Part shown: positions 41,075 through 50,463 of the stretch, piece after piece | How positions within the stretch are numbered: position 1 is the stretch's first letter | Layout of the letters: each line of letters begins with the position of its first letter | Assembly: GCA_016700095.1 (NCBI GenBank) | Contig: CP065002.1 | Location: forward strand, 932,145-996,144 | Direction: 5' to 3' | From: Candidatus Woesebacteria bacterium | GTDB lineage: Bacteria > Patescibacteriota > Microgenomatia > UBA8517 | DNA: 64,000 bases | Translations under genes and position numbers: made by a program | The notes under the pieces: generated by a model | The model's database searches: none | The model's input: the letters and a program-made list of their open reading frames with translations, nothing else | What the model was told of the DNA's origin: nothing

Positions 41075-42313
41075 ATGAATCCTCCTATTGCCCAATACAG
41101 AAACGATATTAACAACTATGAATTGGAACGTATTTTTTCGGGAATGAAGGCAAATCCGGTTGAATTCGTCGACATAATCATTAAAGAAGCTGTCAAGTAT
41201 GGCGCCTCGGATGTTTTATTAGAACCCAGGAAAGATACTTTTCTGGTTCGATCCAGAATTGATGGTGTATTGTATAAATTTGGAGAAATGAGTATCGACT
41301 CGTATCCCGAGATCACTTCGAGACTTAAGATTCTAAGTGGACTTGATCCAACTGAAAAAAGACATATTCAAGAAGGTCAAAGCACTACTACAATTGATGA
41401 AAAACAAGTAAATTTGCGTGTTGAAATAGCACAAACCGTGCACGGAGAGTTAGTTGTCATTCGAATCCACGAGAAAAAATCTATTGCCATGGATCTTTCA
41501 CAACTTGGATTGAATAATGCCGCATTTCAAACCTTTGAAACAATGGTTAAACAAAAAAGCGGATTAATTCTCGTCAGCGGACCAACTGGTTCCGGCAAAA
41601 CAACTACGCTTTATTCAACTCTAATTAAACTCAATGAAAATAAAGATCAAAATGTCATGACAATTGAAGACCCGGTCGAATTTCACTTGGACGGTATCAA
41701 TCAAATGCAGGTTGACGAAGCAAACGGATTTACCTTTGCCAAGGGACTGTCAACAATTCTCAGATTAACTCCCGATATCGTCCTCGTCGGAGAAATTCGA
41801 GATCGCGAAACCGCCAAAATTGCCATCGAATCAGGTCTCACGGGACAGCTAGTTTTATCAACAGCTCATGCGGAAGACTCGGTGCGGACACTTTTCCGAC
41901 TTATGGATTTAGGAGTTGAAACATATTTCCTAAACTCTGCACTTATGGGGGTTATTGCACAAAGATTAGTTAGAAAATCGTGTACCGAGTGTAAAGAAAT
42001 TTATCAACCAACGCAAAAAGAAATCGATATTTTTACAAGCGTAATGGGAAGATCACCGAAACAATTGATCAAAAGCCGTGGGTGCGAAAAATGCAATAAT
42101 TTGGGTTACAAAGGTAGAGTTGGCATTTTTGAAGTTTTGTATATTGATTCAGGAGTTCGCGAACTCCTGCGAATGCGGGCTAACGAAGACAGACTTAAAG
42201 AAGCACTAACCAAAAACGGTTTTATCACTCTTCTCAAAGATGGTTTAGACAAAGCGGAAAACGGAATAACGACGATTGATGAAGTCTTGAAAAACAGTCT
42301 TCGAGTAGTGTAA
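41075..42313 (+). CDS. Type II/IV secretion-system ATPase (GspE/PilB family).
   Basis: 412 aa. Walker A GPTGSGKTTTLYS, the Asp box and VGEIRD, a His box, and a C-terminal tetracysteine (CTECKE...CEKCNN). Confidence 0.85.
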   Translation: MNPPIAQYRNDINNYELERIFSGMKANPVEFVDIIIKEAVKYGASDVLLEPRKDTFLVRSRIDGVLYKFGEMSIDSYPEITSRLKILSGLDPTEKRHIQEGQSTTTIDEKQVNLRVEIAQTVHGELVVIRIHEKKSIAMDLSQLGLNNAAFQTFETMVKQKSGLILVSGPTGSGKTTTLYSTLIKLNENKDQNVMTIEDPVEFHLDGINQMQVDEANGFTFAKGLSTILRLTPDIVLVGEIRDRETAKIAIESGLTGQLVLSTAHAEDSVRTLFRLMDLGVETYFLNSALMGVIAQRLVRKSCTECKEIYQPTQKEIDIFTSVMGRSPKQLIKSRGCEKCNNLGYKGRVGIFEVLYIDSGVRELLRMRANEDRLKEALTKNGFITLLKDGLDKAENGITTIDEVLKNSLRVV

Positions 42314-42314
42314 T

Positions 42315-43109
42315 TTATTTTAAACCAACGACAGTCACAAATCTTCCCCGATCTCCATCGCTGGTACGCACATCCCGATAGTGAGAGAAAAATCTTTTAT
42401 CTTTCGCCGTATCGATTTTACAGTCAATGATATTGTTTTCTTTTACACCGGTATGCACTAGTTGATCGATATTATATTTAAATAAATCAACCAGGTAATT
42501 ATCACCTTTTCTGCTAATATATTTTTCCCATACTCTACTATTAGTAGAAAATTTTTCTGTATCTTTGTCAAATTCATACGACGCTTTCCTAATTCCCGGA
42601 CCAATTCCCACAACCAGATGTGAAGGTTTGGTGCCGTAATACTTCTTCATATCTAATACGGTTTTTACAGTTATCTCGTTTTCTGTCCCTTTCCAACCAG
42701 CATGCACTAAACCGACTGCTTGCACTTTAGGATCAAATAACATTATCGGCAGGCAATCAGCGGTTTTAATTAGTAAAAACAATCGACGTACTCGTGTAAT
42801 CATGGCATCCGCATCCACAAGCGAATCGGGGTCATATATATTTGCAGGTTTTTTTACTTCAACAATTCTTGTTCCGTGCACCAAGCGTATCGTTGAACAA
42901 CGATTGCCATCGACTTTGCAGGTAACGAGAAATTTTTGCATGTTTTCGTTTACTTTCTTCAAATCCCCGAAGTTATATGACATATTTCCTTCTCGTGTTG
43001 TAGAAATTGCGTGAAATAAGTTTGAAAACTTTGTTAATTTTTCAATTTGGTACATTGCGTAAATTATACAAAATTTTTCCGCTTTTTCGGGACTTAATTG
43101 TTTTTCCAT
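42315..43109 (-). CDS. pgeF: YfiH/PgeF (DUF152 laccase-domain) family protein, peptidoglycan editing factor-like.
   Basis: 264 aa. Motifs LVHGTRIV, TADCLPIMLFD and VGLVHAGWKGT. Confidence 0.8.
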   Translation of the reverse strand: MEKQLSPEKAEKFCIIYAMYQIEKLTKFSNLFHAISTTREGNMSYNFGDLKKVNENMQKFLVTCKVDGNRCSTIRLVHGTRIVEVKKPANIYDPDSLVDADAMITRVRRLFLLIKTADCLPIMLFDPKVQAVGLVHAGWKGTENEITVKTVLDMKKYYGTKPSHLVVGIGPGIRKASYEFDKDTEKFSTNSRVWEKYISRKGDNYLVDLFKYNIDQLVHTGVKENNIIDCKIDTAKDKRFFSHYRDVRTSDGDRGRFVTVVGLK

Positions 43110-43130
43110 TAAAATTGATATAATAACGCT

Positions 43131-43772
43131 ATGATAATTGACATAATTACTTTGTTTCCCAACATGTTTTCCGGGCCATTCGAAGAATCTATAATAAGTC
43201 GAGCCAAGAATAAAGGCTTAGTCGAAATAAATATCCACTATCTTAGAAATTGGACCACAGATAAACATCATACTGTAGACGATAAACCCTTTGGAGGTGG
43301 CGCGGGTATGGTTTTAATGGTTGAACCGATATACAAAGCAATAAAAGAATTGAAGAAAAAAAACACCAAAGTTTATCTTGTCTGTCCACAGGGGTCGACA
43401 TTTAACCAACAAATTGCCCAACACATGTCGCAAGAAAAACATATTATTCTCATATCCGGCCATTACGAAGGTTTTGACGAGAGAATTCGTGAACACCTGG
43501 TGGACGATGAAATTTCAATAGGTGATTACGTATTAACAGGCGGTGAGTTACCTTCGATGGTAATTGTCGATACCATAGTACGGCTTATCCCCGGAGTATT
43601 GGGAGACAATGAATCTCTCAGTGGTGAAACACATTCTCGAAAAGGATTAGTCAAGCATCCTGTCTACACTCGCCCTGAGAATTTCAAAGGCTGGAAGGTG
43701 CCCAATATCTTACTTTCGGGCGATCACGCAAAAATATCTGAATGGAAGAAAGAAAACAATCGTCCAAGGTAA
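43131..43772 (+). CDS. trmD: tRNA (guanine37-N1)-methyltransferase TrmD.
   Basis: 213 aa. Motifs IIDIITLFPNMF, GGGAGMVLMVEPIYKAI, GHYEGFDERI and VLTGGELPSMVIVDTIVRL. Confidence 0.9.
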   Translation: MIIDIITLFPNMFSGPFEESIISRAKNKGLVEINIHYLRNWTTDKHHTVDDKPFGGGAGMVLMVEPIYKAIKELKKKNTKVYLVCPQGSTFNQQIAQHMSQEKHIILISGHYEGFDERIREHLVDDEISIGDYVLTGGELPSMVIVDTIVRLIPGVLGDNESLSGETHSRKGLVKHPVYTRPENFKGWKVPNILLSGDHAKISEWKKENNRPR

Positions 43773-44192
43773 CAACTTTCTCAATAAGTCCGATTAATTC
43801 CCATTGTCTTCAAATGTTACTCAATAGACTAAAGTTTGTGGTAACTAATTGACGCTTTTGCCGCAAAGACTATTCGTCATGCACACAAAGAAACGCGTGG
43901 AATTGCCGAAAACAGAAAAATTGATACCACTAATTTATTTCCCCAAAAGATGAAGTATTAATGAAATAAATACACGACCTAGTTATAATTTGTCGTTTTT
44001 TTGCTATCCATTTAAATACATATCAAGAAGTACTGATAACGAGAATACAAAAAGAGTTAGGTTTTCTACACATTATTTTATTAGCCGCACTTGCTAATAA
44101 AACCCACAGTATTACTTAAGGTAATACTACACATCTTATGTGTACGATATTACAACCCAAACTGAAACATGTCAAGTAATTCCGAATGTGTG

Positions 44193-44783
44193 TCACCTAA
44201 CCATATCGTCACTTATGAGGTACCCAAGCTTTTCTTTTTTAACCCTCAAATATTTTTTAATCCTTTCTGAGATTGGATATTTAATATCATAACGATTAAC
44301 TACAAAGCCTGATTTGCTTACAGCACGTATCAAATTGGGATTATTGGTAATTAATCGAATTTGATTACTAATTCCAAGATCAGTTAATGCTCTTATTGCA
44401 TTACTATGAGTTCTCGGATCAGTAGAAAAGCTAAGTTCCTCAAATGCCTCTACCGTATCAATCCCTTTTGTTCTTTCTAATTCCATAGCTCTTATTTTAT
44501 TTTCAAGTCCAACACCTCTCCCTTCCTCATAGCTATATACAACTACACCACTACCAACTTTTGAAATTGTTTTCAATGAAGTAGATAATTGCAAATTACA
44601 ATCACAATCTATTGCATGGAACGCTTCACTGAAAAGACATGACGATTGAATTCTTACCAATATATTTGTTTCCTTAATATCACCGTAAGTTAAAGAAATA
44701 CAATAACCTTTACTGAATTTGTGATAATTCACCATAAAGTTTCCGTATTTTGTAGATAGTATTGTAGAAGATGTTACTGCCAT
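44193..44783 (-). CDS. ribA: GTP cyclohydrolase II family protein.
   Basis: 196 aa. The zinc/GTP site is RIQSSCLFSEAFHAIDCDCNLQL. EGRGVGLENKIRAMELERTKGIDTVEA and LITNNPNLIRAV match the RibA catalytic region. Confidence 0.75.
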   Translation of the reverse strand: MAVTSSTILSTKYGNFMVNYHKFSKGYCISLTYGDIKETNILVRIQSSCLFSEAFHAIDCDCNLQLSTSLKTISKVGSGVVVYSYEEGRGVGLENKIRAMELERTKGIDTVEAFEELSFSTDPRTHSNAIRALTDLGISNQIRLITNNPNLIRAVSKSGFVVNRYDIKYPISERIKKYLRVKKEKLGYLISDDMVR

Positions 44784-44809
44784 ATTTTATTAATATTTGT
44801 CCGAAGCTA

Positions 44810-45391
44810 TTACCGGTTTTTATAAAGACGATCAGTTTCTATAATTTTTTCGAGAGCCTTACGAATTACTTCAGATCTATTTGTCCCATCGTGTACCTTT
44901 ACATACCAGTTTAAATAACTGATATGTTTGTTGTGAAGAAACACGTTAATCCTTTTGTTGAGATGATTACTCCTCACAGTAGCAAGAAATTCTTTTACTA
45001 TTTTATCAATTTCCGAAACAGATGAGTATATCTTAGAATAAAAAAGAGGATCTTGAACTTTAGCTGAGTAATCTCTTTCGTCCGATAAGCACAATACGGG
45101 TATTTTCTTATCCAAAGACATTTGGGCTTCCTGTCCCAACTTAAATGAATATTTACTTGCTTCAAAAATTGCCGCATCAGACATTTCGATAGCCTTTCTT
45201 ATAAACTGATTATGTATTGATATCTTAGAAATTTTTTTATTTGCTTTTTCGAGATCAAGCAGATCTGAATATTTATGTGTTTCCGGGCTAATTACTTTAT
45301 GTCCATGTGAACGAATAGAACGAATAATTTCGTCAAATATTTCCTGTTTCTGATCCTTGGTACTTACTGAATTTGTATAGAATATAATCAT
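44810..45391 (-). CDS. Hypothetical protein with a C-terminal ribbon-helix-helix (CopG/Arc-like) domain.
   Basis: 193 aa. The C-terminus INVFLHNKHISYLNWYVKVHDGTNRSEVIRKALEKII matches the RHH pattern. The N-terminal about 140 aa form a Rossmann-like alpha/beta domain of unknown function. Confidence 0.4.
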   Translation of the reverse strand: MIIFYTNSVSTKDQKQEIFDEIIRSIRSHGHKVISPETHKYSDLLDLEKANKKISKISIHNQFIRKAIEMSDAAIFEASKYSFKLGQEAQMSLDKKIPVLCLSDERDYSAKVQDPLFYSKIYSSVSEIDKIVKEFLATVRSNHLNKRINVFLHNKHISYLNWYVKVHDGTNRSEVIRKALEKIIETDRLYKNR

Positions 45392-45548
45392 ATTCGTACT
45401 CTCACATTAGATACGTATTTTAACACTTTACCTTGCAATATTACCATATTGTAGATCAATTTCAATCACGTAAGAACAGGCATTAATAAATATTTTTCAT
45501 AACACCTAATGCAATCAATATGTAATAACATATTGTAGTTAATAGCAT

Positions 45549-46454
45549 TTAGTTTTCACCTAATCCTTGAAGAATCATGTCCTCTACAATCTGTTTCCAT
45601 GTTCTAAATTTCATCCCCAGCGCTTTTTGTGTTTCTTCCACCTTTAAACCACCATATTTGGGATATCGTACCGGACTGTCGGTTTTTAACAAAAATTCAT
45701 CAATCGAGGTTGTACTAAGGTTTACATCCTTGTTTCGCGTTTTTTTAAGTACATAAGTATACAATTCGTGCGGTGTGGTGCGATCAACAGAACATGCATG
45801 ATAAATTCCTTTGACAGACGCATCAATGAGGGCTGATATCACTTGACATGCCTCATCTATGTAAGTAATTGACACTATTTGATCGGTAAAAAGCGGATAA
45901 AGTTTTTTTTCGTCATAAAGCTGAATTGGTTTGCGAATGTAGTCAAGCTTACTTGCAAATTTTGCTCTAACCGGATAAGTTAATCTTAATATTGCCGAAC
46001 TAGCCGTGTATTCATTAACCACTTTTTCCGCCTCTAGTTTCGTATAACCATACCATGTAAGGTTTTTGGAAACTTCGTGTCTTGTGTCTTTTTCACCATA
46101 CGGACCCGGGGTCAAACTAGATCCCGGAAATATCATATCTGTCGAGATGTGAACGAAATGTCTTTTTTCTTTACCTGCCCAAACACTCAGAGTCTTGGTT
46201 GCGTCTACGTTTATTTTCCAACATAATCCTTGTCTATTGTCTCGTTGCAACTCGGCTTCACCTACATTTGTATAAGCAGCAAAATGGACAATCGCGTCTG
46301 GTTTGTTTGAATTTAAGTAATTTACAACCTCTTTACTTTTTGTCAGGTCGAGAGTGTCAATTTCGGGAGTTAACATTTGGTAATCATCTTTTTTTAACTC
46401 CACAAACCTCGAACCAATTAAGCCATGTGAACCGGTAACAAAAATTTTCTTCAT
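45549..46454 (-). CDS. rmlD: dTDP-4-dehydrorhamnose reductase (RmlD-like NAD(P)-dependent reductase).
   Basis: 301 aa. Motifs IFVTGSHGLIGSRF, AIVHFAAYTNVGEAE, HISTDMIF and PYGE. It overlaps rmlC by 4 nt (ATGA). Confidence 0.75.
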   Translation of the reverse strand: MKKIFVTGSHGLIGSRFVELKKDDYQMLTPEIDTLDLTKSKEVVNYLNSNKPDAIVHFAAYTNVGEAELQRDNRQGLCWKINVDATKTLSVWAGKEKRHFVHISTDMIFPGSSLTPGPYGEKDTRHEVSKNLTWYGYTKLEAEKVVNEYTASSAILRLTYPVRAKFASKLDYIRKPIQLYDEKKLYPLFTDQIVSITYIDEACQVISALIDASVKGIYHACSVDRTTPHELYTYVLKKTRNKDVNLSTTSIDEFLLKTDSPVRYPKYGGLKVEETQKALGMKFRTWKQIVEDMILQGLGEN

Positions 46455-47013
46455 GTGAATTTATTGGGAAATTGTTCACGCAATGTCGGATTGGCTCGGT
46501 CACGGTCGGATATAATGGGATTTTTGACAGGCCACGAAATATTAAGATCCGGATCATTCCACGCTATTCCACTCGCTTTACTGTTGTCCCAATACTCTTC
46601 GACCAGATACATATAATTTACCTCTTTGCTTCCAAGTGCACATATTGAATTTCCTATTCCGGGAGGCAATAACAAAGCCGACCGTACAGGGTTTTCTTTC
46701 GTGCAATCAAAAATAAAAGTTTCTACTTTCCCAAAATCCGGCGAGTCTTCCCGAACATCAGCAATCGCAACAAATGTTTTTCCCGTAAGGGGATAAACAA
46801 TTTTTTTCCAGTTTTCTGTATGAATCGCTCTGATAACCCGCGGTTTAGATACCGAGTGATTCCATTGAACCGCTTTGAATTTTACACCCATTTCTTCCAA
46901 CTCGCTTACTCTAAATACTTCATGAAAAAACCTCGTTCATCGTAATAAACAGGTTTCTCGATAATGAAAACTCCTTCAATACTCGTTTTTTTCACAGTGA
47001 TTGTGTTTTCCAT
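46451..47013 (-). CDS. rmlC: dTDP-4-dehydrorhamnose 3,5-epimerase (RmlC), interrupted by a 1-nt indel in a homopolymer.
   Basis: The first 35 codons (MENTITVKKTSIEGVFIIEKPVYYDERGFF...) start at 47013 and hit a stop after MKYLE. The remaining 149 aa (46451..46900) are in another frame. One extra T in the coding-strand T6 run (forward A6 at 46925..46930) restores DERGFFHEVFRVSELEEMGVKF..., a typical cupin-fold RmlC. Confidence 0.7.
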
Positions 47014-47016
47014 ATT

Positions 47017-48021
47017 TTACTTCTGTTTAGTTTTAGAATACATTTTTTCCGATTTCAGTTTAAGCGGTCGCCACCACCATTCATTATCTTTGTACCACTT
47101 AATCGTTTCTATTAGCCATTTTTCAAAATCATGTTGAGGCCTCCAACCGAGATTTTTAATTTTTGTCCAATTAACCGCGTATCTTCTATCATGTCCACTT
47201 CTATCAGCAACAAATCTAATTTTTGAGTGATCGAAACCAAATGCCTCCAACAATAGATTGGTAACCTTAAGGTTATTTATATCATGTGTTAAACCACCAA
47301 CTAAATAAGTTTCCCCCACTTTTCCCTTATTAATAACCAGGTCAATCGCACTACAATGATCTTCGACATACAACCAATCTCTTACATTCTTTCCGTCCCC
47401 ATAAATCGGTACATCTTTCGAATCAATTAGATTTGTGATAAATCTGGGAAGCAACTTCTCGGGATCTTGAAAAGGACCGTAATTATTGGAAGTATTAGTG
47501 ATAGTTATATTCAAACCATACGTAGTGTGATATGCCCGAACAAGATGGTCGGATGCTGCTTTACTCGCCGAATATGGACTGTTTGGCTTGTAACATGATT
47601 TCTCACTAAATTTTTCTACACCACTTAACGGTAGAGCACCATACACTTCATCTGTAGACACATGGTGAAATCGTTTAACGCCGCGTTTTACCGCTTCATC
47701 CAATAAAACTTGAGTACCTATGACATTTGTTTTTATAAACACTTTTGGTCCAATTATCGAACGGTCGACGTGACTTTCTGCAGCAAAATGAACTACGACA
47801 TCGACATCCTTCATTGCATGAGACACTGTCGTAGGCGAGCAGATATCGCCCTTAATAAAAGTATAGTTAGAATTACCCCCAAAATCTTTCGTCGATGTCA
47901 AATGACCGGCATATGTTAATTTGTCTAAATTTACTATTTGATCCTTTGGATATTTTTTTAGCCAGTAACGGATAAAGTTACTGCCGATAAATCCCGCTCC
48001 TCCTGTTACAAGCAATCTCAT
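47017..48021 (-). CDS. rmlB: dTDP-glucose 4,6-dehydratase (RmlB).
   Basis: 334 aa. Motifs MRLLVTGGAGFIGSNF, YxxxK (YSASKAASD), HFAAESHVDRS and VSTDEVYG. Confidence 0.9.
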   Translation of the reverse strand: MRLLVTGGAGFIGSNFIRYWLKKYPKDQIVNLDKLTYAGHLTSTKDFGGNSNYTFIKGDICSPTTVSHAMKDVDVVVHFAAESHVDRSIIGPKVFIKTNVIGTQVLLDEAVKRGVKRFHHVSTDEVYGALPLSGVEKFSEKSCYKPNSPYSASKAASDHLVRAYHTTYGLNITITNTSNNYGPFQDPEKLLPRFITNLIDSKDVPIYGDGKNVRDWLYVEDHCSAIDLVINKGKVGETYLVGGLTHDINNLKVTNLLLEAFGFDHSKIRFVADRSGHDRRYAVNWTKIKNLGWRPQHDFEKWLIETIKWYKDNEWWWRPLKLKSEKMYSKTKQK

Positions 48022-48267
48022 AGGTTGTTCATAAAATGATAATTAATTAATAGTGCTTTACTTTGAAAGCAAGCTTTTAAATCCCGCTCCTGACGTTACA
48101 AGCAATTTCATAGGTTGTTCATAAAATGATAATTAATTAATAGTGCTTTACTTTGAAAGCAAGCTTATAAATCCCGCCCCTGACGTTACAAGCAATCTCA
48201 TAGGTTGTTCATAAAATGATAATTAATTAATAGTGCTTTACTTTGAAAGCAAGCTTATAAATCCCGC
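47989..48267. repeat. Tandem direct repeat, 3.1 copies of a 90 bp unit spanning the rmlB start codon and its 5' region.
   Basis: The unit aaatcccgc(t/c)cc(tcc/tga)(t/c)gttacaagcaat(c/t)tcataggttgttcataaaatgataattaattaatagtgctttactttgaaagcaagctt(t/a)ta occurs at 47989-48078, 48079-48168 and 48169-48258, with a partial copy at 48259-48267. Copy 1 carries the real rmlB ATG (48021..48019). Copies 2 and 3 carry decoy ATGs encoding MKLLVTSGAGFKSLLSK-like 17-aa peptides. Confidence 0.9.
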
Positions 48268-48302
48268 ACTTTTAATTATAATTAAGTTTTATTGCCGAAA
48301 TA

Positions 48303-49382
48303 TTAAACTCTTACTTTGGATTTTTCTCCAATGAACAATTTTATCCAATGAGTGGGATCTTCCAAATCATAAACTTCGGCTTCGTTGCCAATCATACTTT
48401 CGTTAATTGGTTGTTTGACGTTTATTATTCTTACATTTTCCATCAATACACTATCTTCTAAATGACTTTTTTCAATTACACATCCACTGCTAATAGATGA
48501 ATATGGACCAATATACGAATCACTTATTTCAACATTGTCGCTTATTGACACAGGGCCTTTTATTTCTGAATTTCTAATTTTACAGTTTTTTCCCACACTC
48601 ACTCTACCGATTATTTTCGTACTCCTGTCGATTTTTGACCCCATATCATCTACCAGGTATTCATCTAACAAATATCTATTGGATTCTATCCAGTCATTAA
48701 ATTTACCAGGGTCTAACCACTTTCCTTTATACTCAATTACATCGACCCGATATTTATTGTCAATTAACCATTGGAAAACTGATGGTATTTCATATTCTCC
48801 ACGCGCTGATGGTACTATCTTGTTTTTTCCCGTGAAGCATTTGAAAACATTATGGTCACCAAAATATAATCCGGGGACAGCAAAGTCGTGTGGGGAATTC
48901 TTTGGTTTTTCCACATATTTTATAAGTCTGTTTGTTTTCGAGAAATAAGGGACACCAAGACGGGAGTTTTCAGGATGATGTACCATAGTCACCATGCCAT
49001 TTGGCTTGTTTTTCCGAAAGTAGTCAGTAACTTCTTTAATACCTTTTGTAAAAATATTATCGCCTAAATGGTATACGAAACTATCACCATTCAATTTCTC
49101 TTCACATACTTGGACAACGTTTGCCAGTCCAATTGGTTTTTCTTGTAATACGTAGGTAAATTTCGCTCCCCACTTACTTCCATCACCTAAATACGACTTC
49201 ACCACATCTAGCCAACCGGGGTTATAGGTAATTAATATATCTTTTATGTCTGCTTCGACAACAGATTCAATTGGATAGAAAATCAATGGTTTATTGGCTA
49301 CTGGAATAAAATGTTTATTGGTAGAAAAAGTCAGAGGTTGCATTCGCGTTCCTCGTCCTCCTGTAGGTATTATTGCTTTCAT
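48303..49382 (-). CDS. rmlA: Sugar-1-phosphate nucleotidyltransferase, long form with a C-terminal left-handed beta-helix (glucose-1-phosphate thymidylyltransferase-like).
   Basis: 359 aa. The N-terminus KAIIPTGGRGTRMQPLTFSTNKHFIPVANKPLIFY matches the GxGxR nucleotidyltransferase signature. The C-terminal hexapeptide-repeat region is (VSIGKNCKIRNSEIKGPVSISDNVEI). It heads the rml gene run. Sugar and nucleotide specificity is not provable from sequence. Confidence 0.75.
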   Translation of the reverse strand: MKAIIPTGGRGTRMQPLTFSTNKHFIPVANKPLIFYPIESVVEADIKDILITYNPGWLDVVKSYLGDGSKWGAKFTYVLQEKPIGLANVVQVCEEKLNGDSFVYHLGDNIFTKGIKEVTDYFRKNKPNGMVTMVHHPENSRLGVPYFSKTNRLIKYVEKPKNSPHDFAVPGLYFGDHNVFKCFTGKNKIVPSARGEYEIPSVFQWLIDNKYRVDVIEYKGKWLDPGKFNDWIESNRYLLDEYLVDDMGSKIDRSTKIIGRVSVGKNCKIRNSEIKGPVSISDNVEISDSYIGPYSSISSGCVIEKSHLEDSVLMENVRIINVKQPINESMIGNEAEVYDLEDPTHWIKLFIGEKSKVRV

Positions 49383-49632
49383 ATAGTCATACTAATCCAA
49401 TGTCGCTTACAACTTACCTTCTATTAAGTATAAATTTAATAGCTACTAAACTCCATAAAGTATTCTATAGGTATTTGTAATATAACAAATATCATTATAC
49501 ACACTCAATGCAATCATCCTCCAATCATCTCAAGTCAAGTAAATGTAGTTTCTGCAACCCTTGGTGAACAGTTAACGTATCCTATAATTAATATGTGTTG
49601 TGATATAATATTCACACAATTTTTACATTACG

Positions 49633-50463
49633 ATGACTAAAAAAAATATCGGTATTCGCCCCACCATGTTACTGTGGTGTGTGCCCCCACTTGTGGCAAT
49701 TATTTTATTGATCGGTTTTTTACTAAATTCTGGAAGTGGTATGAAATTTCCTCGTGAAATTGTACTTTCCGAGACAACCGCAAATTTTGAGGATTTTCCT
49801 AAGATTAAATTAACGGGTCATGGAGCAATTACATTTTGGTTCGATGATGCATGGAAATCGCAATACGATGTTGCATTTGACATACTTGACGAGCGACATA
49901 TTAACGCAGCGCTTGCCGTACCAACAAAATTGGTCGGATTTGACGCTTATATGGATTGGGATCAAGTAATTAAATTGCGCGAGAAGGGGTGGGAAATTAC
50001 TTCTCACAGTAGATCTCACGACTGTAGTACCGACAACTTGGACTTCAATTCATTGAATGAGGAGATTGAAGGATCGAAAAAAGATCTCGAAGCCCATGGT
50101 ATTCGTACAAATATCTATCTTCCTCCATGTGGTATTACATCTAAAATATCAAATAGTTTGGTTTTGTATCACTACGAGTATCAGAGATTAATCGAGGCGG
50201 GATTTAACGACATTCCCGTTGAAGATCCCTTTGGAATAAAAATCCAAGAAGTCGGTAGACACACTACGGTAAGTGATGTCGAAAAATGGATTAGGGTTGC
50301 TCAAAAAGACAACAAGTGGTTGATATTAATGTTCCATCAGATCGATAACGACGATACAAGATACGGTATAGATCCAGTCACATACAGAAGCATAGTTGAT
50401 CTGGTTGATAATTCCAATATTCAAATAGTGCTACCTACCCAGATACTTGAAAAATCCATATGA
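49633..50463 (+). CDS. Polysaccharide deacetylase (NodB-homology / CE4 domain), membrane-anchored.
   Basis: 276 aa. An N-terminal TM helix. CE4 motifs ITFWFDDAW, HSRSHD and LPPCG. Confidence 0.8.
   Translation: MTKKNIGIRPTMLLWCVPPLVAIILLIGFLLNSGSGMKFPREIVLSETTANFEDFPKIKLTGHGAITFWFDDAWKSQYDVAFDILDERHINAALAVPTKLVGFDAYMDWDQVIKLREKGWEITSHSRSHDCSTDNLDFNSLNEEIEGSKKDLEAHGIRTNIYLPPCGITSKISNSLVLYHYEYQRLIEAGFNDIPVEDPFGIKIQEVGRHTTVSDVEKWIRVAQKDNKWLILMFHQIDNDDTRYGIDPVTYRSIVDLVDNSNIQIVLPTQILEKSI

Noticed and set aside
47989-48267. Whether the 90-bp tandem array is a CRISPR array.
   Set aside because: The units are directly adjacent with no unique spacers, they include coding sequence of rmlB, and no cas genes are present.
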